DNA of 58,087 bases, counting the filler, from Sphacelaria rigidula (taxonomy: Eukaryota): the NCBI GenBank assembly GCA_964200075.2. It is 7 parts of 7 records of this genome, joined end to end, with 100 filler letters (N's around TTAATTAATTAA, not from the genome) between each part and the next. Parts side by side here need not be neighbours in the genome. Positions count along the whole stretch, not along the records: positions 41,564 to 49,775 come from CAXNAA020011902.1; positions 49,876 to 58,087 come from CAXNAA020011903.1; 5 more parts are not named here. The stretch is one strand, 5' to 3'. The notes under the pieces are model-generated. The model saw only the letters and a program-made list of their open reading frames with translations, was not told the DNA's origin and made no database searches. Positions within the stretch are counted from its first letter, which is position 1. Each line of letters starts with the position of its first letter. Positions 48,032 through 58,087 of this stretch are shown piece by piece. The position numbers were made by a program, and so were the translations under genes.

Positions 48032-49668
48032 CGTGTCGAAGACTGGTTCTTGTGTGGAGATGGACCAGCCACGAAAAAAATAAAACGCGGTTACCCTATC
48101 CAAAGTCAAGTATTTTCCCACCAAATATCAACACGATGCGCACGACGAATGTTGTGAAGTCCACGTTGTCCCGCCTCGACTTCTTTTTCTGCAGTGAGAG
48201 TTATCGACGCTTTTCCACCAAAAAAAAATGTTCCGGAATGTATATCACCAATAACTCACGAGGGAGGGAAGAAAAAATTGGGTCAAACGGTAGTGGCTTC
48301 ACAAATACCCATGTATATCGTGTCAAATTTTCATAGAAAACGACTTGAAATTCAGCAGTGAAATTGCGTTTTACTGTCGAGAACCGGTTCACTTGCTTTT
48401 AGACTACAACAACCTCAGCCGGAACTTTGGCGTTTTCTACAAGCCCGACGCCTTGGGGCGCCGGTGGTCTGGTCTCCGTGCCGTCTCAGACCCTGCACGC
48501 GTACAGTACGGCATGCATTGCTATGCAACAACGACTAGTGCAGCACCATCACTTTGTGGCCGCGGCACAACCGACTGTAAACCGTAAATGCGATTTCAGC
48601 GTTTCCTTCTCCTAATTCCGTCGCACGCACCACCCACAACTCTCTATACTTCGCAGTTGACTACAGTTTGGTATTTCGTTCGATGGAATTCATCAGATCT
48701 CAGTGCTACGAGAAGTGATAGACGCGCGTTGATTTGCAGATTACCACGGTGTGTCATAGTAGGCACAACTCGCGATAGATCGTCGGTTAGAACCGGCTGA
48801 AGGGAAGTCCGCTTCTTAGGCGGTCCAGCCTGTACACTATCACAACACTGCCCGAGCAAACACGCACCGACATCCACGGCACGAGTGCAACATGCCTGGT
48901 GCTAGCTCTTGCTCAACTATGCACAGTGTTCTTTGTTTCACGGCAATCCATTTTGGTTTTCGAAGAGGGCCGCCCATGTTTGTGCAACAAAACTGGTTCC
49001 ACATGGAGTCGTTGAAAGTTTTTGGGTGTATTATACGGCGCCTGTCCGACAAAAACCACCGTGTCTCATTCAGCCTTGAACTGATTTCCCCCGAGCTAAG
49101 CACGATGTACTCAGTCGATCAATAGTTACGACTCGGGCTATTTATTTTCCAAAGTGGGACTGTCAACTCTGAACTTCTTCTTAGTTAATGATCCGAGTGT
49201 GGGCTCTGCTACAGATGTGCACTACAGCAAGGGTCATTGCGCCTCTGGTATCGAGGCGACAAATGAGCGTACATCTTGTGCCTTGGTTCCTCTTCGAAAA
49301 TGGGCAGCGGAAAACAAAAATCCCGATCTGATACAAGCTGGGCCGGCCAAGACGCTGTGAATCCGTCAGACGGCCATAACTCTGCTTCTGCTACGTTGTA
49401 GGTCATTCCGAAACCACCGCTGAAATCGGGGAAGTCACACCTAGAAGCTACAACTCTCAAAATCCTGCATAGAGCACGTTCTGCACTTGAAGAGTCATCG
49501 GCCAATCACAGCGCGTCATAGCACGGCGCGATTGAGGAATGAAACGGTCATTTTCGTGAAATTCCTGAAAACAAAATGCGGCGCAATTGTAGAAATTGAA
49601 AGTCACGAACGGCAGCATCAGCAGCACAGCAGTGTCTCCCCTGCAAAAGCTCGCTGCTGACCTCGCGT

Positions 49669-49775
49669 ATGCCAGGCGCTATGCGGTGGGTGAAGACCAC
49701 GGTTCCTAAGTTTGTCCACGACAAGCGTAGAGGAGAGTGGCGGCTCAAGCTGCATTACACGCGAACTACGAAGAA
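49669..49775 (+). CDS. Possible 5' start of a gene truncated by the contig end
   Basis: MPGAMRWVKTTVPKFVHDKRRGEWRLKLHYTRTTK is open to the contig end; CCAAT-like motif near 49502 upstream. Confidence 0.3.
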
Positions 49776-49875
49776 NNNNNNNNNNNNNNNNNNNNNNNNN
49801 NNNNNNNNNNNNNNNNNNNTTAATTAATTAANNNNNNNNNNNNNNNNNNNNNNNNNNNNNNNNNNNNNNNNNNNN
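49776..49875. other. Artificial contig linker
   Basis: N44-TTAATTAATTAA-N44. Confidence 0.97.
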
Positions 49876-51099
49876 TTAGAAGCACTGAGATAGAGATATA
49901 TCAGCGGTGTGAAAATCGAAGTTCAACTCTGTTCCTGGGGGCTGTGCAACAGTGTGCTTCAAATCATCTGAAAAGGAAAGCGACCTCCTTTCGCGGGAAC
50001 GTCCGGCGCTCAGCACACGACATAGAAATCACTTTCAAACCCAAGGCGGGAACAACCACCCGGCAGTAAGGTGACAAAGCGTTCGACAGCAGCGCACGTG
50101 CGTCGGACGTCGCATTGTTGGGCGATGGGTTTCCAGGTTGGGTGACAGTACAGTGCTTTGCGATGCTGACAAAAAACACTGAATTGCTTTGCACGGGTGC
50201 GATGTGTCAGATTGGTAGTGTCCAGACTACTGGGTTTTCAAATTCTATGGGTACTCATTCAACGTGACCGTTGACAACGGGATATCTTTCGACCTGCGTT
50301 TGCAGTTTGATGGAGAAGGGTGACTGTTTATCTCCTCTTCGGTCCGTGCGTTTGGCGTAAATTAGTGTTCCGAGAAGGATCACACGGTTACTTGATCCCA
50401 GTATTGGAGCGGGGGATCATTTTCGTCATTAATAATATTGATAATAATATTGATAATAATAATAATAATAATTTCTGCAGATTAGTCCGTATCCTTCGAA
50501 CCTGTGGTCACAGACGCAGGCTCGTCTTTCCAATACCGCCCTTGCTATCTCCGACAAGACATGGATTCCTTCATCATTTCTGCTTTCAAGACTCCAGCCT
50601 AACTACAAGAACAAACGTAATCCACTGAGGTATGACCAAAATGAAAAAAATGAGAAGATAAACGCCAAGAAAAACATGAGGAGTAGTAGTAGTACGCAGC
50701 ACAATTTTCGACTGTGTATCTTCTTCCCCAGGATATGAAAACACCTGCTTTGGTCAAAATAAACGGCCTGCATCTGTCAGGGGGTCATGAGCCCACGCAA
50801 AACACCGCACGGTGCTCTCCAGGATAGTGTTCGCAAAGCGGAGAGGAGTTTGGGCAGCTACAGCATCGTGCCTGCAGCCGTTAAGAATTACCTAGGAGAA
50901 CTATTCCGAAATGAGGTCTACCGTTGACGGGGTCAAAAGCAGTCGCAGATCATGTATCGTACGTATTGGGCCATACTCAGTAATATACTCATATAATTTT
51001 CTCGCTCGAGCGTGAGGGAAGCTGTCGTTGGTACACTGCTCGAACTGGATGCTGCCAACAACGCTACCCCCCTCGAGCACGGGTAGCAGCAACAGGGAC

Positions 51100-51567
51100 G
51101 GGGGAAGGGGGGCGTACTCATGATCTTGAATGCCGTGTATAGTCATATGACCGTTGACCTCGCATCCCTACACAGCCGGGGCAGAGCACGCCGGGTTTTT
51201 GCCGGACCAGACATGCAGTCAATCACCAAGCGCGAAGCGTGGTGATGTATTCGGCGAGTCGCATGAAGGGTGAACTGCATCCTGCTAAGATTGTTCCCCC
51301 CTAAGCGTACTAATTGTCTCGCATATGGAGGGCAACCCCCAATGAGTTGCTTCATTTTCTGGTGTCGCCACTTCCAGATACAGCCACGGCTTACACACTG
51401 CCTCACGGGTGTCTCTCCATTTCATCACTACGTCGCACGATCATCCCCTCTGCGCGGAGTTGAGATTCTCCCACCCCGCACAATGTGATCTAGCTCGACC
51501 ACCATCATCGCCACCGCAAGAAAAGCGCAAGCACTAAAGGAATCGGTAACCTGAAGCCTAACTTACG
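51100..51567 (-). mobile_element. Family A retroposon, near full length
   Basis: G-run + CGTACTCATGATCTTG ... GGTAACCTGAAGCCTAACTTACG. Confidence 0.85.
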
Positions 51568-52258
51568 CAGTGAGTGGCGTGTCATACAGCGTCGTTACCA
51601 ACCGATTGCCAACCTTCAGAGAGAGTAAGGGGCGGCACATAAGCCGACCCCTCTCCTAGGAGCATGACTATACCTGGGTGACGGAACGGACAATCGGTCA
51701 GAGCGACGGACATCCGCGCTGAAGAACGTTCTCAACAGTACGCAGCTGGAGGCAGTATCCCGACGAACGAGTGCGGGCATATTCAGACATGGATATAAAC
51801 ATGGATATGGACCGTTGAAACAGCCGTTGAGAAGTAAGCTCTCGTATTGACCCATATTTTTGGCGAGCACAAATCATCTGTTGAGTCAGCTTCACTTTCG
51901 CTTGAAAAATGATTGCATGGCCAAATAACCTACCCCTCGCTGTCAAAGGGATAACGAGTTCAGAAAAGGAAGCAGAGAGCAAAGCAAGCGCCGTGTTGCC
52001 GCGGCGACCACTCAACATGCTGCCTTTCAACGCGTCCTTTCTTGCTCTTTGCTTGTCTTTCTGGCCCCGTTAAGATGGGCCCCAAGCACATTCAGGGCAC
52101 GTAAGATCTCTTTAATTCTTTTTTTTCGGCCTCGCTAAGATAGACCCCAAGCAAGTTCGGGGCACGCATAAGGCAACCTCTGCGCTGATGTTGAGTGTTT
52201 CAACTCCTGCGATGGTGCCGTGCACGACAGCTGAGCTTTCGATGTATCCAACCCACAC

Positions 52259-55200
52259 CTGCGGCCGCCGAGCAAAATATTCCTTCAATGCAGCGGGATC
52301 ATACACGAGCGGTAGACGGTCGCCTTCCCCTCCAGCACCCTCAGCCTCACCCTCCTCTATCTCTGCAAGCCGCATTTCACCCTCGGCCACGTTGTAATCC
52401 TTCAGCCCTGCCCCTCGCAACGCCTGCATGTATGCCTGTGCCTCCTCGTTCTCTTCCAGGTCTGCTCGCATCTGTTTCATTTTGATCCGTTTGAATATGT
52501 GTACATGTGATTGGTCGGGATGTTTCACGGTGAGGCCGCTTCTTGCGGCAAACAAGAAACATAAATCTGGAAAAAATGCCTTCTCGAATTTTTTCAACAT
52601 TTTTCGGGAAATTATTTGCCTGGACTTGACCGGTCTCCGAACAAAGAGCGGCCTCCGAAAATAGATGTGGGAGTCTGGGCGAAAAAAAAAAAACGAGTCC
52701 ACCGGAAGAACGCACAGGTGTAATGGAACCGTCTCAACGAGTACAGCAAGGCACTTCACAGTGTCGATATCCGTCTAGCCGTAGCTCTCTTCCAGGGCGT
52801 AAAAACATCCAGAAGCTCCGAAAAAGGCGGTTTTCCAGATTTTCAACTATGTTTGCCATAAGAAGCGGCCTGAGAGCGAGGGTGTGGCCACTTTCATTAA
52901 TCACAGTGACAAATTCATGTTTCAGCAACCATGCGCTGTGTCGCACAATCTACACACTACAATGACTTCATTCTGATCTTGAGTATCTCCCTTACTACGG
53001 TGCAGTGGGGCTGCACTGTAGTGGGACCGCTCATTCTGGAGGACCGCACTGGGACTGGACCTCCAAATCACCCCCCCCCCCCCCCCCCCCCCGCCCGGAC
53101 CTCGGGGTCCCCGCCATCGCCCCGCCAAAAAAAAGCAGCCCCCCCCCCCCCCCCCCTCCTTCTTCGCNNNNNNNNNNTTTATCGGGGGTAGGGGGCGGGC
53201 ACGGACTGGGAGCCCCCCATTTCGCAAGACCCTCAAGGGCAAGACTCCAAACCAAACCCCCCCCCCCCCCCCCCTCTCCCCGGTCAATGGTCACACGACT
53301 AAGGCAAGCAACAAATGAGTACGCCCCCCCCCTCCCCCTTTCATTCTGGACTCGGAAAGGTAGCATTCGAACGCCGGGTGCAAGCGGGTTTGATCCCATG
53401 AAATATGATGCGGGGGGGCGACGACAGCAACGTATTACGAGCATATCACGCATCATTTATTGCCGAGGGCATTGTTGTTGGACGGCGATGAACGGAAGCG
53501 TAATGGATCTGTGGGAAGGGAGGGGGTATTGCGGGGTGTTTCTAGCCCACTTCAGGAGGTCTTTGGTCGTGATTACTACCGTGAGCATATTCTTGGAACA
53601 AGACTACGAGTATTATATCAATATTTACAGCTCGTGTTCATGACTGATCTTGTTTGAAAATCTTCTCCTAACATCGAGCGCCCTGCACTGCTCATTTTTA
53701 CAAACAAAATCAATCACCGTACGTACCTATTTCCACATCCCATCATCTATCCTTGAAGCACTTCAAGGGATCAAGCACGGATATTGCTCAGATGAAACAC
53801 GTGCCAGCCGACAATTTGAGCAGGGCCACCTGTAGGGGACAGTTTGACACTGTTATGTGTGTCAACTGCGCACTCAGGACCTAGACGGTACAGAACTGGT
53901 GTAACGGTCGTAACAACAAACTTATCAGCCATCCTTCATAGCATTCCCCGAAGACGTCATGAAACCCAGGGAAAACTACACGATACAGGGGGAGAAGGGG
54001 AGCGAAAAGGTATATACGTCAAGATGGGGCATTAAGGCGTGTGGTTGGGCCATTGAAGAGAGGAAAGTAAGCGGGTCGTTTCGACATTGAGAGGGGTGTT
54101 ATTAACCGTGACTTAACAGGATCTGAATGATTTCTGTACTGTATGATAGTTGCACAGAGAGTACGGGCAGTATAGCTGCACACCGCAGGACTACTCGATT
54201 CGGCTTTACAAGAGAAGCCACAAAATGAGGACAAGTGGAAGACTTATGTGGCATCATGTTCCATGTCGGACCCTTCATTGCAGTTAGCCCAAAACCTCAT
54301 TTCGCTTGTTCAAATACGTGGGTATTATCTTGAACAGTTGTCGTGCTGTGGTCTGTGTATCTACTGTCTGTTGTGTGCTGTTACTGTACTGTTGTAACGT
54401 ACTGACTGAAGTACAGTACCAGAAGGACTGTAAAGCAGTGTACAGTCTCCACGCTGACTGTGGTGAGGAAGGTTAGTGGTTGATAAAATCGTAAATAGTT
54501 CCAATATATACGACTACCATATCGCAGGCGACAAACAATCCTTGCCTCACTCAACAAGCGGACCAAAGTGCCAAGGGAGCTGTCTGTACTGACTGCTGTA
54601 CAGTCAGCGTGTACGCGGAGATTGACAATTACGTCAGAGTACGTCACAATGGTTTCTTGTTTGGAATAAAAGTAAAAGTGTGAAAAAACTGACACATGTT
54701 TTCCGTCGACGAAGACAATCGGATGCACGCTGATGAAGCAGCACCGCGCAACAGGCACGTTGGGAGAAATGCAAAAGCCCCGAAGATTACACGTTTGTTC
54801 AGGGTGACAACCACCAAATACGCAGAACAGCGTCAGTAATCCGCAGGCATGTTGACGTCTCCCCACCCGCCGCCCGCATCACCGTTCCACTGTAGAAACG
54901 TCTCGTTACTTGATGCTCGAGATATTCAACTTTCAAAAGTGCGATACAGTCAGTCAGAAATCATGATCGACTAAGCCCCTCATCCCTTCAGCAGTCCACC
55001 AAACGTAGTACAAGGCAACACTCATGCCCACTACAACACAAGATATGTACACACCTGTTTCATCTGCGCAGATATTTCCTTTACGCCCCCTGTTCCCCCC
55101 ATCCCCCCGCCAACAACCTCCGGCTGAGCAACATCTTCTCTCCGCCTCCTGCTGGTGGGTCTGGGCAACGTAGATCGCATCGACATGGCATTCACTCCGC

Positions 55201-55528
55201 CGTTTTTTCGACATGTACCATATCCTGGTGGTGGTGCTACGCGTGTCTCCACCGAGCCAGCGCCCATCCCCGCCCCCGCTGCCCCCGACGCCGGTCCACC
55301 AAAGAAGCTACAGCGATGTTGCCGGGAAGGGGTGCGTACTCCTCCCGCGGATGGCACCAGTGCATGGCTCCGTGATAAAGTTAGTAGCAGTGTGGTGAGC
55401 ATCGCCGACTTTGTTGGGCATGTCCCACCGTCAGGGCAACTGGAGCTGCCGTGGTGACTGTTGTTTTTCTCTTCGCTGTTGCGGCCTGCGCTGTTGCGGT
55501 GGCCTCCTATTCGCCGTCGCACTGGCAT
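52259..55528 (-). CDS. ABC1/AarF (UbiB)-family atypical kinase, N-terminal two exons, probably plastid-targeted
   Basis: Exon 55528 (or the Met near 55402) to 55055, with signal-like MLTTLLLTLSRSHA-LV. Exon 52471-52259 gives MRADLEENEEAQAYMQALRG...LPLVYDPAALKEYFARRPQ; the LP..YDP.....YF..RP motif precedes the ABC1 domain. The kinase domain itself was not found in the contig. Confidence 0.75.
52534..52870. mobile_element. PIF/Harbinger-like MITE
   Basis: TIR GGCCGCTTCTT(GC/AT)GGCAAACA; 3-bp TSD TGA. Confidence 0.85.
53257..53338 (+). mobile_element. Minimal family B 3' tip between two C-runs
   Basis: C-run, then GGTCAATGGTCACACGACTAAGGCAAGCAACAAATGAGTACG, then C-run. Confidence 0.8.
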
Positions 55529-56577
55529 TTTCGTAGTGTTTTTGTTCTTGGTGCCGGCACTTCTGATATAGTTGGAGAGGCTCTGGGCAACGTGATCCCT
55601 TGGGACCGTGTGACGGTAATGATCTGTGCTGGTGATTCAATGCATCACCCTAGTCCTTTTATTTTGATACCGATTCAGACCCGCGGTCATAATATTGGTA
55701 CCAGTAATGTTATAGCACCAAGTCCTGTCGTCGATCTCAAGGGACGCAACACTCGAGATGCACTTACAGTAATGATCCACAAATTGTAGCATTATCTCAT
55801 TATAGTGCTGACCAAATCCTCGATACCAATGAACAATTAAAGGGGAGAAATGGGTCGGTCCTTCGTTACTACGCCGTTCGGATTCGTTGGGAGGGAGGTG
55901 AGGGGGGGGGGGGGGGGAACATAATGCTGAAGATGATAATGATATACTCGTATTATAGTCGATGTACGCGCCCAAGCACAGGGGACGGAAATACTGTAGG
56001 TGCAGCGCTGCGGTGTAGCGCCAAGGAATATGTTGGTGGACTGCGGCTTGCCGCCGAACTTTGTTTGAAGGGCAAATACTGATCCGATCCGCGATATCAA
56101 AATGCAAGACGTGAATCGGGTGAGAGATGGGTTGACCCCTTCAGGCCACGGACCCGTTCCGAGAAAGAGAAGGAGTTGGGAGTGAAAGGCGTGAAAAGCG
56201 CCAACGAGTCATGCACGAAGGCAGAAAAACGCGCAAGAAGTTACAGCGTACGAAACTTGAAACTTTTCTCGTCGTTACTCTTTAGGCTGAGAGCCATGCA
56301 CCTTCTGGGACCCAACAACCGGTACCAATATGAACTCTCGTGTCCTGCCAATAGCCCTCAGCAACGGCGTTTTAACAAGCGAGAGGCCACACCGTCCAGA
56401 GAGGCTGGCGTTTCGGAAGCTACCATACAAAAATTTCAAGCCAGACTCCGAGATGTATCAAAGGGGACAAGTTATATCAAACTACAAAACATATCGTGAA
56501 TCATTGGTGTTCCTATATCCCCCAACCCCATGTTTCAGATGAATACAAGCATACTTACATGTCGTCTTCTCTAGTGA

Positions 56578-57051
56578 GGTCAACTCTGGTGGGAGCCGTC
56601 CAAAATTCCTGGTGAAAACTGCCTTTTGGACTCTTCTCCCTTCATTTACGCCCGAAAAGAGGGCTAGGCGGACGTCGACACCTTGGAATCACTTGCTCTA
56701 CTCGCTGAGACCATGCCAGGACAACTTCGCTCTTCCCGCTGGCAGCAGTTTTGTTTTTGGCCAAACCATGTCGAACACGATTTTTCGGTAAAAGAGATCA
56801 GCTGATGATCAAATTCCCCCCTGTTTTCTTTATCGTTTGACAGTTTTTCATTCAAAATCCGTGTTCGGTTAAAAATAAAAGTGCAGCCAGCGGGAAATGC
56901 AATGTTGCCCTGGAACGGTCTCAATGAGTAGAGCACGTGCTTCCAAGGCGTCAATATGTGCCTAGCCCTCTTTTCAAGCGTAAAACGACGGAGGAACGCC
57001 AAAAAGGCAGTTTTAGACATGAGTTTTGAACGGCTCCCATTGGAGTCGGTC
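56578..57051. mobile_element. PIF/Harbinger-like MITE with ~120-bp imperfect TIRs
   Basis: TGGGAGCCGT.CAAAA..AAAACTGCCTTTT..AAAAGAGGGCTAGGC is inverted at the right end; TGA on both flanks. Confidence 0.75.
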
Positions 57052-57759
57052 TGAGCACAGTCGAAGATAGTTTATTTCTGTTACATGAATGTACGTGTGC
57101 GGTACGAGTATCAGCTGCTCGTGGGGGGTTGCGTTCACCAGGCGGGTGCGCGCGCGTGTGTGTGTGGTTGACGTACTTCTTCTTTCGGTCTTCGTTTTCA
57201 CTTAACAATTTTCGGTGTAGTATATTTGTTGTGGCGTGAATGCACAGAATCTAGCGAGAGGTGCGGGTAGGTGGATCATGTGGGTATAGGGGATGGGCTG
57301 TTTCTTGGCTTATTTGATGGTATATATATATATATAATATTCGTACATACGTGCGACGGGTGATAACAGCACACACACACACACATATAGAGCTCTACGC
57401 TGTTTAGCAAGAGGAAAAAGCAGAAAGGGAGAGAGAGCACTTCCGAGTCACAGTAAAACAGAGCGCGAGCAAGGAGTGGGAAAGGATAGAAACACGTAAG
57501 GTGCGGCATGAGTTAGAAGAATAGGGTGGAGAGTATCATAGCTAATGGAACAACAACCCTAGGACGTTGTCCATGTGTAAACGGAGGGGGAAAGAGGCAG
57601 GACAGATAAGCGCCCGGAAGGGGAAGGGGATGGGACATAGCGTCCCGAAGCTAGCAGACGAAGACCACCGCAGAAACAGGGAGAACAATCAAGCAAGGGA
57701 AAGCAGAAGTAAAAGCGAGGGAGAGAGAATAGTAGACAGCACGAAGGCAGATAATGAAT

Positions 57760-58087
57760 CTGAAAGGAAGTTGAGAACACGATAGTGGAACGTGTGTGGA
57801 TTCGCCACAGACAAGGACATATAAGAACAGAGATAGTCGAACAAGTAAGTAAATATGGCCTAGATATCGTAGGAATCCAAGAGTCATGGGAGAAGGCGGG
57901 GGTAGAAATGGGATGCGAAGTTGAAGAGCACGCATGGATAGGGAAAAAGCGAAAGGGATAGAAGCCCAAGGGCAGGGGAGCGCGGGGGGGGTAGGATTAT
58001 TAGTCAAGGAATATCTGTGTGACAGGATAGAAGTGATCGACGACACGAAATTCGACCAGAGCATATGGATAAGGGTACCAGGAGAGC
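57760..58087 (+). mobile_element. LINE ORF2 N-terminal AP-endonuclease fragment
   Basis: EIVEQVSKYGLDIVGIQESWE...AWIGKKRK...GGVGLLVKEYLCD.IEVI..TKF..SIWIRVPG (DIVxxQE and GGVxLLV motifs), with stops and frameshifts. Confidence 0.88.

Noticed and set aside
50960-51015. RARKLYEYITEYGP as the next ABC1 kinase exon
   Set aside because: It lacks the following F/YIKxGQ motif and suitable splice sites.
42820-52259. Joining the ABC1 kinase exons to the minus-strand exons at 46079-42820
   Set aside because: They are on different contigs, and the latter encode a CID domain.

Overview
Eukaryotic, intron-rich genomic DNA, most consistent with a brown alga (photosynthetic stramenopile). The basis is an LHCX antenna gene with a bipartite presequence, long GT-AG introns and TTAGGG repeats. 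The window is not contiguous. It is seven contigs of 8213, 8213, 8213, 8212, 8212, 8212 and 8212 bp, apparently length-sorted and joined by artificial 100-bp N44-TTAATTAATTAA-N44 linkers, so nothing can be inferred across the gaps. Genes were rebuilt by hand from splice sites. Complete models: 4-exon RBMX2/Snu17, a head-to-head 5-exon C1orf109/AIRIM-like gene and a 2-exon LHCX. Partial models: the 3' end of a DegT/DnrJ/EryC1/StrS-type aminotransferase, a zinc-finger gene, an orphan RecQ exon, a CID-domain (SCAF4/8/Nrd1-like) gene and the 5' part of an ABC1/AarF kinase. The rest is dense with TEs: LINE fragments, tRNA-derived SINEs, hAT-, piggyBac-, Harbinger- and Sola-like MITEs, and foldbacks. 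Best leads: (1) a LINE and a non-autonomous partner that share a 3' end, carry poly(C) rather than poly(A) tails and sit in G/C homopolymer runs; (2) an intact LHCX lacking the conserved Chl a612 Asn ligand (ELDLGR); (3) a piggyBac-like element carrying a conserved non-transposase micro-ORF; (4) an intron bounded by a 9-bp direct repeat. All family assignments come from motif recognition; no database searches were run.
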